From Thermoproteota archaeon (lineage in GTDB: Archaea > Thermoproteota > Thermoprotei_A > EX4484-217-1 > JAPDJV01), in NCBI GenBank assembly GCA_029258925.1, contig JAPDJV010000004.1, positions 4,645 through 68,644 of the forward strand: DNA of 64,000 nucleotides, read 5' to 3'. The notes beneath the pieces are model-generated. The model did not search any database, was not told the origin of the DNA, and saw only the letters and a list, made by a program, of their open reading frames with translations. Position numbers and translations under genes: made by a program. Shown one piece after another: positions 51,290 to 60,763 of this stretch. Positions within the stretch are counted from its first letter, which is position 1, and each line of letters starts with the position of its first letter.

Positions 51290-51988
51290 TTAACGTTTAA
51301 CGTTTTTCTCATAATAGTTGCAGACTGCTTTCATGGGACACTCGATGCATTTCGGCCTTCTTGCTCTACAATACTTCCTCCCCAAAGAAATCATTCTCAA
51401 GTGGGCCTCCAAATAGTCTTTCTCCCTGAAAACCTCCATCAAAACCCTTCTAACATCCTCGTATCCAGCATCTTCTGATACTAGGCCCAGCCTCTTAGAA
51501 ACCCTCATTACATGCGTGTCAACGGGAAATGTCGGTTTACCAGCGTACATTAATAATACGACGTCGGCAGTTTTCCTCCCAACTCCAGGTAGACTGAGAA
51601 GTCTGCTCCTAGCCTCCTCTAAGGGGAGCTCTCTTATCCAACTTAAGTCTCCGCCAAACTCTTCAACTATCTTAGATGCAAGCTCCCTTATCTTCCTAGC
51701 ACGCCTCCAATGTAGACCGGCCGGTCTAATAGCTTCAGCTATCTTATCTAGCGGTGTGGACAATATTTTCTCCAAGGATACTTCGCCGAGTTTGCTCTCA
51801 AGTCTCCCATAAGCTTTTATCGCGTTCCTGTCCGTAGTGTTCTGGGAAAGTATTACTCCAATAATGAACTTAAAGGGATCATCGTACAGTCTTCTGATAT
51901 TCCTCACAACGAACCTCTCGTCATTCAAGTCTATATTTCTCAGCAGAGAAAGTATTCCATCTCCAGGGATCTTCAAGTACTTCAGCAC
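51290..51988 (-). CDS. nth: Endonuclease III
   Basis: ILSQNT, LPGVGRKTA (HhH), PVDTHV, CRARRPKCIECPMKAVC [4Fe-4S]. Confidence 0.93.
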   Translation of the reverse strand: MLKYLKIPGDGILSLLRNIDLNDERFVVRNIRRLYDDPFKFIIGVILSQNTTDRNAIKAYGRLESKLGEVSLEKILSTPLDKIAEAIRPAGLHWRRARKIRELASKIVEEFGGDLSWIRELPLEEARSRLLSLPGVGRKTADVVLLMYAGKPTFPVDTHVMRVSKRLGLVSEDAGYEDVRRVLMEVFREKDYLEAHLRMISLGRKYCRARRPKCIECPMKAVCNYYEKNVKR

Positions 51989-52047
51989 CTAAAGCTTATT
52001 CACAAGACTTCGAATATAGTTTTTTCGAGGAAAAGGTGTGAAACTAC

Positions 52048-52827
52048 ATGCCGTTTGATCCAGTAAGGTTTGCCAAAATAGTTGAGGAAAGTGTTTCAAG
52101 AATTAGGCTAGGTGTTGTGGAGAGAAGGTATGCCAGGTTTAGGGGTGACAGGTGGTATGGTGGGATAGCAACAGGAGACGTTGTAGGATGCAATCTCAGA
52201 TGCGTTTTCTGCTGGGCTTCAACCATGAGAGACCACTTGAAGTGCAAAGGCTTCTACTGTTCTCCGAGGAAAGCTTATGGGAGACTTGTTGGAATAGCCA
52301 GTTCGAGAGGATTCTTTAAAGTTAGGCTGAGCGGGGGAGAACCTACTATAGCATGGGAGCACGCTAAGAGCGTTGCAGAGCTCATCGTTAAAGCGGGTTT
52401 GAGATTCGTTTTGGAAACAAACGGCATATTGATAGGTGCAAGACCCGAAATAGCACAGGATATCGCTGAAATGGAGGGCGTGGTAGTCAGAGTTTCCATT
52501 AAGGCAGCTAACCCCAAAACATTTGAAAAGCTTACAGGGGCTAGAAGAGAGTTTTTCTGGATGCAGCTTAAGGCATTAGAGAACCTCTTGGAGGCTGGCC
52601 TAGTGCCTGGCGAAGAATTTTATCCAGCAATAATGCTCAGCTTTAATGATGACAGAGAAATTTCATGGCTCGAGGAGAAGATTGCAAGCATAGATCCGGT
52701 TCTAGTAGAGTATGTGGATCGAGAATATGTCATAATGTATCCCAGAGTCAGGAGACAGCTTGAGGAAGCAGGCATAAAGCCCAGGAAATACTATTCTCCC
52801 AACGGGATTCCAAGAGAGATGGTGTAA
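52048..52827 (+). CDS. Radical SAM protein (COG5014-like)
   Basis: WYGGIATGDVVGCNLRCVFCW, SGGEP, LETNG. Confidence 0.88.
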   Translation: MPFDPVRFAKIVEESVSRIRLGVVERRYARFRGDRWYGGIATGDVVGCNLRCVFCWASTMRDHLKCKGFYCSPRKAYGRLVGIASSRGFFKVRLSGGEPTIAWEHAKSVAELIVKAGLRFVLETNGILIGARPEIAQDIAEMEGVVVRVSIKAANPKTFEKLTGARREFFWMQLKALENLLEAGLVPGEEFYPAIMLSFNDDREISWLEEKIASIDPVLVEYVDREYVIMYPRVRRQLEEAGIKPRKYYSPNGIPREMV

Positions 52828-52869
52828 ATATTTAAGTTTCTTAAGAACATTTTTAATTAAGGTGTTAAA

Positions 52870-53172
52870 ATGAACATAAAATTCAATCTTGTCGCAATCA
52901 TACTAGCATTAATGTTGATAGCTCTCGCAGTGGTAATAGTGTTGAAACCAGATTTACTATGGATTCTCGTACTTGCATCATCGATAGTTCTGGGGATAAT
53001 AGGTGCGATAGTGGGCTACGCCATGGGAGGACTGCTGGGGGCAGCAGTATTCTTCCTAGTAGGCTTGATAATACCGCCGCTTCTAGCAATAATCCTAGTA
53101 TTCCTCCTAATATTAGGCCTCGTAATTCTGGGGTTATTGCTCATAGCGTTAATAATTAAAATATTGCTGTAG
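52870..53172 (+). CDS. Small hydrophobic membrane protein
   Basis: 100 aa, almost entirely aliphatic; AGGTG SD upstream. Confidence 0.65.
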   Translation: MNIKFNLVAIILALMLIALAVVIVLKPDLLWILVLASSIVLGIIGAIVGYAMGGLLGAAVFFLVGLIIPPLLAIILVFLLILGLVILGLLLIALIIKILL

Positions 53173-53182
53173 ACCTTTAATA

Positions 53183-53240
53183 CGTGGATGATGACCAACC
53201 TCGTTTAGGATAGGTGACTGATGCACCGGTTACTGACACG
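53183..53240 (+). ncRNA. Archaeal box C/D methylation guide sRNA
   Basis: C box ATGATGA 53188-94, 12 nt guide, D'-like AGGA, C'-like TGACTGA, guide, D box CTGA 53233-36, flanked by a CGTG/CACG terminal stem; intergenic. Confidence 0.75.
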
Positions 53241-54404
53241 CTAATAATAATCGTATTCTATGTTTGAGAGTATGTGAACATTCCCTATGCTAACCCTCCT
53301 CAACCCGGCTCTCCTAGAAGCTTTAAGACACTCCTCTGCATGCCTCCTACTCGTTGTCGGAAGATCGCTCATCAAGTAGTCTGGGTGGAACGCTAGTAGC
53401 CTATAAGGTACATTGGGGTTCAGGGAAGCTATGAACTCAGCTATCTTCTCGACTTCACTAACACCAACATATCCCGGCACTAGAAGAGTGCTAACAGTTA
53501 CTAGCGGGACCTCGGGTCTCTCATCGAATCTCCTAATAGCTCTCTCCAAATTTTCGAAGATTTTCTTGCAGTCTACTCCAGTTAAAGCCCTGTATATTGT
53601 GGGGGTCCAAGCCTTAATGTCGAATTTAACTATTCCGCCAGTCTCGAGACTGAGCTCAACAGCTTTATCGAGAAAAACATTATTCATTAAACCATTAGTT
53701 TCCCAGCAAACTCTGAGAATTCTTCCTCTTTTTTCCTCAACCATTATCCTGGATGCTTCAAGAGCATGTTGCATTTGCGGCGAGGGATCTCCCCCAAAAT
53801 AGCATACGCATGAAACCCTATCGTTCACTGCCGATGCAAGTTCTCTTGCAGTACGTATAGGCGAGAGCTCCCTAGTCATATTCCTGTACTGCCAGTTCTG
53901 GCAGTATAGGCAGTCTAGGTTGCATGCACCATAGAATACTGCTAGATTATAATAGCCTCTCTCAGCTCCACGACTACTATAACTGTACTCAGGATAACCT
54001 ACACCAGTACAGCCTGGGCAAACCCAGTCTGCAACACAGTTTGTTGGAAGAGGATCATAATACCATGTAACAACTCCTCTATCAGGTGTACCAGCAAGCC
54101 TGACAATTCTGCCATCCCTGTTCTCGACGAGACCGCAGAAACCCTTCCCCCCGGCGGGAATAATACAATTGTTCCCGCACAAGCCACATGGAACTCCACC
54201 GGGATCTCTCGGAGGCTCACCGGGTAAACCAAACCTGCCCCTACTCTCCCTGTGAGCATCTAAAATAATCTTCAATGCCTCCACGCCGTTCTCAACAAGA
54301 CACTTGTTGCAAACGCCTAGAGCATCACTTATAACAATAGACCTACTGCCACAAAGTTTACACTCCTTCTCTTCCGCCCACCTAGAACTCAAAATCCAAA
54401 TCAT
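53241..54404 (-). CDS. Radical SAM protein, PflA/AmmeMemoRadiSam-like
   Basis: GACNLDCLYCQN, N-terminal CxxC pairs, GGDP, ETNG, LLAFHPDY. Confidence 0.85.
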   Translation of the reverse strand: MIWILSSRWAEEKECKLCGSRSIVISDALGVCNKCLVENGVEALKIILDAHRESRGRFGLPGEPPRDPGGVPCGLCGNNCIIPAGGKGFCGLVENRDGRIVRLAGTPDRGVVTWYYDPLPTNCVADWVCPGCTGVGYPEYSYSSRGAERGYYNLAVFYGACNLDCLYCQNWQYRNMTRELSPIRTARELASAVNDRVSCVCYFGGDPSPQMQHALEASRIMVEEKRGRILRVCWETNGLMNNVFLDKAVELSLETGGIVKFDIKAWTPTIYRALTGVDCKKIFENLERAIRRFDERPEVPLVTVSTLLVPGYVGVSEVEKIAEFIASLNPNVPYRLLAFHPDYLMSDLPTTSRRHAEECLKASRRAGLRRVSIGNVHILSNIEYDYY

Positions 54405-54777
54405 AAAACTCTACCTCAAGACCCCAAACTAACTCTACGCCTACTTGAAATCCTTTCACCACCAACACTATTATATCGCTACCTCATAATAAATAGGTTC
54501 CCGAAGCAATATACAGGGAGAAACTTGTAGGCAATTATATGATAATGTGGGATCTACATGAAAACTTCATAGTGCAACTCTACATTAAACCGTTACTAAG
54601 AAGCTTAGAAGACAATTTGTTAGACTATTCAATAGGTAAAGGCTATTCAACGAACGTGCTTCCATATAGGTGAAGGAAACTATGTTATAAAGTTTCGGCA
54701 AGTCAACAAATACTGTTCTCGTAAAAGGTTTTCTTAAATCCTTATTTTATTGGTGTCTGAAGTGTTATCGTTATTGT

Positions 54778-55608
54778 TTACTTAACGTTTACGACGTCTA
54801 GTTTCATGTCTAGGAGTGGAGCGTCTATTATTTCCTTGCCTACATCGATTATGTCAACGTTTTTCTCTATAATTTCGGGTATATTGCGGATCTTTATGTT
54901 TCCACCGAAAGCTAGTTTAATTTTGCTTCTCACATTAAGTTCTCTCAGTTTTCTATCGACTTTCTCAACATCTGCTAGATTGCCTGTGTCCACCATGATT
55001 ATGTCTGCTCCGTGAACTACTGCTTCAACAGTCTCCTCTTCCAAGCTCATTGTTTCTCCTCTAATTTGAACGACTTTTACTCTATTCTCGAATTTTCTGG
55101 CTGCTTCCAGGGCTTTAGCTATTCCACCGAACATTCTAACATAGTTTTTGTCAATGTACACGAAGGGCTCATCGGTTATTCTTATGCCTACTCCACCAGT
55201 TCTTATGGCCTCCCTCAGCAACTCCTTTACTTCAATAGGCATTTTCTTCCATGCGCCGCAGACAACTCTTATTTTACCTCTTGAAAGCTCTACAGCTCTT
55301 CTAGCTGCTGTTGCTACACCTGAGGTCTTAGCTATGATTCCAATAAGGTGGTCTTCTGCTAAAGCCACTTGCTTCGGGTTCCCTCTTAAAACAACTATTA
55401 CATCGTTCTTCTTCACTTCCGTCCCAGAAGGCATTATTTCCAGTATTTCTAAGCCTAGTTTCAGAGCTTTCTCCTTCAATCTCTCCATGCAAGCTAGGAT
55501 ACCGTCTTGCTCGACTCTAATCACAGCTGTAACTCTTCTAGACATTATGTCCTCGAATATTATGTCGCGTATGTCAGTTACTTCACGCAATTCCCCAAAA
55601 CACTCCAC
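54778..55608 (-). CDS. NadC/ModD-like phosphoribosyltransferase (divergent)
   Basis: SGVATAAR, GADIIMVD, FGGNI, VDIIDVG, LDMKL; canonical TRKT and KDNH motifs are altered. Confidence 0.8.
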   Translation of the reverse strand: MECFGELREVTDIRDIIFEDIMSRRVTAVIRVEQDGILACMERLKEKALKLGLEILEIMPSGTEVKKNDVIVVLRGNPKQVALAEDHLIGIIAKTSGVATAARRAVELSRGKIRVVCGAWKKMPIEVKELLREAIRTGGVGIRITDEPFVYIDKNYVRMFGGIAKALEAARKFENRVKVVQIRGETMSLEEETVEAVVHGADIIMVDTGNLADVEKVDRKLRELNVRSKIKLAFGGNIKIRNIPEIIEKNVDIIDVGKEIIDAPLLDMKLDVVNVK

Positions 55609-55662
55609 ACTACAATAATTTCAAATAATATTATGAAAAAATGTTATGTAATTGAGGGGCCC

Positions 55663-57132
55663 CTACTTACATAATACTTCTTCTGGGGGAATCCCCCTCT
55701 GCTTTAACCATTTCGGCATGAGCTTCTTCTCTACTTCCTCGTCTACTTCAGGTGCTTTCTCCACCAGGTATTCTGCTAGCGATTTACTCATGTTTATTGC
55801 GCCGTAGACTCCGTCGAATACTATCACTTTATCAGTCTTCCCTATCTTATATGCGAACTCCATAGCTGTTTCGAGGTCCTCTGCTATTACAGCGTGCTTC
55901 ATGAACTCTATGTTCTGTGGGTCACGGTTGTACACGTCTGCCTGCTCCTTTGTTACAACTATTACTGGAAACATCTTCGACCAGAACACGCTTGGATATC
56001 CTCCCCAAGCATAGTTTATTACTATAACCTTTATTGCAGGGTTCACTGGTGGAACCTCTGGGATCAAAGGTCTGTCTTTTTCATCGTAGTATGCTTCAGT
56101 ATACCATGTGTATGGTGGTAGGGGGTTGTCTAAGTCGAATAAGTCTATGTTTAGGCCCGTGAAGTTAGCGAATATTACTCCACCCGAAAACGTGTATGGT
56201 ATTGGCGTTCTATAGTCTAAGACGACTATGCATTCGTCTATTTTACTCAGCAGCCTCATGACTTTTCCATAGTATCTCAGGTTATCTACTATTATCCTAC
56301 GATCCAGTCTATCGAGATCGTTATCGGCGTAAACTCCTAGTATACCTACTGGTGAAGCTCTTAGGAATACTGAGAAAGCCCACTTGTCCTGAACGAACTT
56401 CGAGTTGAATATTGCTCTTGCAACGAAGTTTGCTCCCCTTGGTCCAAGATTATGGTGGTACGCTGATCTTGTTTCAAGTCTAGCGTACGACATGCCGAAT
56501 GGTTTAAATGCTCTATCCACATGTCTATGGAAATGTACTTCTCTCACATCAGTGTTATGTGCATGCACTATTTTATCCGCATCATAAGCTGCTCTGAGAC
56601 CATAGAATGTTCCGATCTCGGTCTCTATGGGTACTCCCGGATCCAAGGGTGAAATTCCATACGCTTTCCCATTGAAGTATTCGTCCAACTTGAACCTCTT
56701 AATATATTCCTCGGACTCTCTATGTCTTAACCCTACGCCGACCTTCAACCTTATGTTTGTAACTCCAGTTTTACGTTCGATGACGTCCTTTATCGTCTTG
56801 AGCATTTCAGCGTATGGTTCTCCTCCAAGAATGGTGAAGCCGTGGTGTGATCCGAGTATGTTCACTGAGCGTGCTCCTTTAATTGGAGACATATCGACGT
56901 TTTCCAAGGCCTCCTCGGTAGCGTCTCTAATAGCTTTTGGATTAGGTGGAGGCCATAATGGTTTAGGTATGTCTGGGAAGAGTTCAGATATCTTAATGGA
57001 AACCATGTTAGGTAGCTCGGATGCACGTTTCTTGACGTATTTTGGGTCCACCCCATATATTGAGGGAGCTGGTGGTAATGGAGCTATGGGGGGGCCTATT
57101 ACTCTACTTTTATCGATTTTATATTGAGGCAT
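55663..57132 (-). CDS. Hypothetical protein, remote LarA/DUF362-like fold
   Basis: SVNILGSHHG, GVGLRH and AYDADKIV..N..VHFH resemble LarA N-terminal domain elements; fold call is tentative. Confidence 0.55.
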   Translation of the reverse strand: MPQYKIDKSRVIGPPIAPLPPAPSIYGVDPKYVKKRASELPNMVSIKISELFPDIPKPLWPPPNPKAIRDATEEALENVDMSPIKGARSVNILGSHHGFTILGGEPYAEMLKTIKDVIERKTGVTNIRLKVGVGLRHRESEEYIKRFKLDEYFNGKAYGISPLDPGVPIETEIGTFYGLRAAYDADKIVHAHNTDVREVHFHRHVDRAFKPFGMSYARLETRSAYHHNLGPRGANFVARAIFNSKFVQDKWAFSVFLRASPVGILGVYADNDLDRLDRRIIVDNLRYYGKVMRLLSKIDECIVVLDYRTPIPYTFSGGVIFANFTGLNIDLFDLDNPLPPYTWYTEAYYDEKDRPLIPEVPPVNPAIKVIVINYAWGGYPSVFWSKMFPVIVVTKEQADVYNRDPQNIEFMKHAVIAEDLETAMEFAYKIGKTDKVIVFDGVYGAINMSKSLAEYLVEKAPEVDEEVEKKLMPKWLKQRGIPPEEVLCK

Positions 57133-57148
57133 TCAGGATCCCCCACAC

Positions 57149-57742
57149 CTAAACTTTTGCTTCTCCTCTAGTTAACTTCTTCAATAACATTTCATCCTCG
57201 TCGAAGTAGAATCCTCTAGCCCTATACTTCTCCCTAACCTTTTTTGGTATCTCGAACACTGTTGGACAGATACCGTACCATGCATGTCTACCTGGCTTGG
57301 GTTTAGGCTCAATGCCTACTGCTCTGAGCAACCTGAGTATTGGCTGGATACACTCCACTTTACACCCAGTCCTAACGCCGGTCATTCTAGATATTTCCTC
57401 AGGAGTCTTGGCTCCTAAGATTATTGCTGCAGCAACCTCTTTAGCCCTGGTTCCAGTACAGAAGCATATTATCTGCTCCGGGTGGAAGCCAGCATTCCTA
57501 CATATTTCCTCAACTTTCTTAAAGTCTACCTTGCTCACGTCGACCCTTACAATTTTTGGTTCTGGTAGGCGCTCCATTGTTATAGCGTAGTTCGGACATC
57601 TCTCATAGCATGCTCCACAACCCATGCAAGTATTTGGGTCTATCTTTGGGTATTCACCTGGCGTCCAAGATATTGCCTCCGTGGGACAAATGGACCAGCA
57701 CAAACCGCACTTTACGCATTTCGAGTAATCTGTTTTAGCCAT
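57149..57742 (-). CDS. 2[4Fe-4S] ferredoxin fused to BFD-like [2Fe-2S] domain
   Basis: CVKCGLCWSICP, CMGCGACYERCP, CFC..GCKVEC. Confidence 0.88.
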   Translation of the reverse strand: MAKTDYSKCVKCGLCWSICPTEAISWTPGEYPKIDPNTCMGCGACYERCPNYAITMERLPEPKIVRVDVSKVDFKKVEEICRNAGFHPEQIICFCTGTRAKEVAAAIILGAKTPEEISRMTGVRTGCKVECIQPILRLLRAVGIEPKPKPGRHAWYGICPTVFEIPKKVREKYRARGFYFDEDEMLLKKLTRGEAKV

Positions 57743-57818
57743 GAACGCTACATACCTTACCGTGGCAGAACCCTCCGTAAAAGTTTTAACATGTGTAATT
57801 AATTTTGTTTAACGATAT

Positions 57819-58730
57819 TTAATCTTTATGTGCGCAATGTTTCATTTTAGACCTTAACACCTCCCTTAATTCCCCAGCAATCAAATTAGCTATCTGCTCC
57901 TTAGACAAATTATTGTTTAACCCCCTGATAAGAGCATTTAAACCGATTTTCACCTCATCTGTTGGTCCGGGCAACGCTATTATTAGGGACTCCCCTACTC
58001 TTCCAACACCTATCCTCACACCATCCTTAAAGTGCCTCCCCTTACCCTTATCATATTTTACTATGTAGGGTGTGGCCGCATTGGGGTCGACTCTCAGAAG
58101 ACCTTCAATAGTCTTATCCTTGGCCTCGGCTCCAACGCCTCCCGTGAAAATTATGAGTCCATACCCGTTATCCAGTGCTCTCTGAATGGAATTCGATATA
58201 ACGTATTCGTCGTCGTCCAGTACTCCGCCCACCGTGACATCGTAGCCTAGCTTAGTTAATTCTTCCTTGATTAGAGGAGAATTAGTGTCCTTAATTAAGC
58301 CCTCCTTAACTTCTGAACCCGTGGAGAATACTATGGCTCTCTTAGAAATCCTCTTCCTCATCTCCTTGACTATCTGCACGGTTCTCTCAAGAACTTCTTT
58401 AGCCTCGCTTTCCTCGACAGCTATTAAACCTAGGATGCCCTCTGAGTGAATTGTTGTCTGAGGAGTCACTTTAACACCGGGTACTTGCGATAATTTTCTC
58501 AGCAACTCGTTTTTCTTGCCTATGATTTGCTTAGCTGAGATGGTGCTCCTAAGTATGTCTACTACCATCAATTTCTCTCTAACGTCCGTAACCATAACCT
58601 CGCTCTCATCTAAGCCTAGAACCTCGGCAACAGCTCTGGCAACGTCTTTCAAGTTAACATTTGACAACTCTATGTTCTCAAACCATATCTCAGTTTTCAT
58701 CAACAAATTTAACTCGACATCTTCTTCCAT
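57819..58730 (-). CDS. Molybdopterin-binding (MoCF/CinA N-terminal) domain protein with extra N-terminal domain
   Basis: STGSEV..G.IKDTN, DDD, IFTGGVG..D.T, ALPGP. Confidence 0.8.
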   Translation of the reverse strand: MEEDVELNLLMKTEIWFENIELSNVNLKDVARAVAEVLGLDESEVMVTDVREKLMVVDILRSTISAKQIIGKKNELLRKLSQVPGVKVTPQTTIHSEGILGLIAVEESEAKEVLERTVQIVKEMRKRISKRAIVFSTGSEVKEGLIKDTNSPLIKEELTKLGYDVTVGGVLDDDEYVISNSIQRALDNGYGLIIFTGGVGAEAKDKTIEGLLRVDPNAATPYIVKYDKGKGRHFKDGVRIGVGRVGESLIIALPGPTDEVKIGLNALIRGLNNNLSKEQIANLIAGELREVLRSKMKHCAHKD

Positions 58731-58951
58731 AAATTGACACTTCCACCAAGAATGTGTAGTCTAAAAATAAATAAGGTTTGTTAGAGGCTCCCATACATCC
58801 AAACAAACTCTGCGAATCAAACTGCTCGTTTAAGGGAAATTATTGCTTAGATCATCAAAACTGCTATGAACCCGCCGAGTAACCTTAACGGTTTTTCTCC
58901 AATTTGACGGAGAGCCCGCTCTAGTCTTTGTAGACCAGCCTGCATGTTAGC

Positions 58952-59743
58952 TTACTTGAATCTAATGGTCACTGAGCCGAGTTTGTCGAATGTTGCTCTC
59001 ACAATGTAGCCTGGTTTAATGTCTACTGCCGCAATAAGTGATCCCGAAAGGATTACTTCTCCAGATTTAAGGTAAGTACCGTAGGAGGCCAGTTTGTTAG
59101 CTAGCCACGCTACTGATGAAACAGGATTGCCCATAACAGCTGCTCCAGCAGCTGTTGAAATGATTTCCCCGTTAACTTCGAATACTAGCCCTACTAGGCG
59201 TAGGTCGATGTTCCTAACATCTACTATTCTACCTCCGAGAACGAACCTGGCTGAAGAAGCGTTATCGGCTATGGTGTCCTGGATCTTAATCTTCCAATCC
59301 CTAATACGGCTGTCAATAATTTCTAGAGCAGGCATCACTCCCTCTGTTGCGCGTAGGACATCTGCGGGAGTTATTCCCGGACCCTTCAAGTCATCTTTTA
59401 ATACGAAGGCGATCTCAGCCTCTATCTTAGGCTGAATGAGCTCCCTCAAGTCTATGCATTCTCCCTCCAATACGATCATTCGATCAGTTAGGTGTCCGTA
59501 GTCGGGTTCGTTAACCCCGAAAAGTTTCTGCATACCTTTACTCGTTAACCCTATCTTCTTACCAACGATCTTCTCTCCCCGAGTAATCTTCGCGTCTACA
59601 TTTTTTAATTGAATTCTATAAGCATCTTCAATACTTATTTGCGGATATGTTTTTGTTAATGGATCGATGGGTTCGCGCTTCTCCTCAGCTTCCAGAAGCA
59701 TCCTAGCTAATTCATCTATTGGTATAGGGTTGTGTGTAGTCAT
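58952..59743 (-). CDS. 2-keto-4-pentenoate hydratase (FAH superfamily)
   Basis: GKKIGLTS, EPDYG, KIEAEIAF, LEIIDSR, DTIADNASS, ILSGS; start placed at ATG 59743 after AGGTG. Confidence 0.9.
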   Translation of the reverse strand: MTTHNPIPIDELARMLLEAEEKREPIDPLTKTYPQISIEDAYRIQLKNVDAKITRGEKIVGKKIGLTSKGMQKLFGVNEPDYGHLTDRMIVLEGECIDLRELIQPKIEAEIAFVLKDDLKGPGITPADVLRATEGVMPALEIIDSRIRDWKIKIQDTIADNASSARFVLGGRIVDVRNIDLRLVGLVFEVNGEIISTAAGAAVMGNPVSSVAWLANKLASYGTYLKSGEVILSGSLIAAVDIKPGYIVRATFDKLGSVTIRFK

Positions 59744-59895
59744 AGCATTACACCTACAAACTATAATTGCCATTATTAAAGTATTTAAAGTTAAATTCAA
59801 ATATTATATAGACCACATTTCGTGATCTGAGCTGTAAAGGATATATGTTTTAATATGCTAACTTTGGCCATAATATATTTAAATTTGTACATCAA

Positions 59896-60705
59896 TTGAT
59901 TAACGGTGGTCTCATGATCGAGCTTCGCCCTCCCATAATATCAAATCTTAACGTGAATCTAGAAGGTAGAGTTGCAATAGTAACAGGTTCTAGTAAGGGT
60001 ATAGGTCGTGCAATAGCATTATCTCTGGCTATGAGCGGTGCAGACGTTGTCATCAACGGGAGGAAAAAGGAGGATTTGATGAAGACTGCTGAAGAAATTA
60101 AGGCTTTGAATAGAAGAGTTCTACCAGTAGTAGCGGATGTGAGTAAGTGGGATGATGTTAAGAGGATGGTTGACGAGACAATAAAGCATTTTGGCCATAT
60201 TGAGATAGTTGTCAACAATGCTGGAATCCTTGGACCAGTAAAACCCGTACATGAAATCACTGTGGAAGAGTGGGACAAGGTATTAGCAATTAACTTGGGG
60301 GGAGCATTTCTAGTCATAAAAGCCGTAGTACCATACATGATTAAACAGAAATATGGTAAAATAATTAACATATCATCTGTAGCAGGTGTTGAAGGAAACA
60401 AGAATATGGTACCATACTGTGCATCCAAAGCTGCACTAATAGGGTTAACTAAGGCGCTGGCGGAGGAACTGGGACCCTACGGGATAAGAATAAACGCTGT
60501 TTGCCCAGCACTAGTGGAGAAAACCTATTTGACTGAGAGCATGCCACCTGAGCAAAGAGAATTTCTAGCGAAGAAGATACCTTTAGGCAGGTTATGTAGG
60601 TTAGATGAGGTTGCCGATTTAGTAAAGTTCCTAGCATCAGATGCATCAGACTTCCTAACAGGGTACGCGTTTGTTTTAGCTGGTGGAAGAGCTAGATGCC
60701 ACTAA
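59896..60705 (+). CDS. Short-chain dehydrogenase/reductase (FabG-like)
   Basis: TGSSKGIG, NNAG, ISS, YCASK. Confidence 0.92.
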   Translation: MINGGLMIELRPPIISNLNVNLEGRVAIVTGSSKGIGRAIALSLAMSGADVVINGRKKEDLMKTAEEIKALNRRVLPVVADVSKWDDVKRMVDETIKHFGHIEIVVNNAGILGPVKPVHEITVEEWDKVLAINLGGAFLVIKAVVPYMIKQKYGKIINISSVAGVEGNKNMVPYCASKAALIGLTKALAEELGPYGIRINAVCPALVEKTYLTESMPPEQREFLAKKIPLGRLCRLDEVADLVKFLASDASDFLTGYAFVLAGGRARCH

Positions 60706-60763
60706 ATTTTCTACCCCATATTTTATTTGGGAACAGTGTTCCACGTAGCTGAGAAAAAAAGTT

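Noticed and set aside
17460-57830. Recurrent TTAACA/TGTTAA and CACGTG-like palindromes in intergenic regions (near 17481, 20030, 30750, 57786)
   Set aside because: Short and AT-rich with inconsistent spacing; cannot be separated from chance without a motif-enrichment calculation
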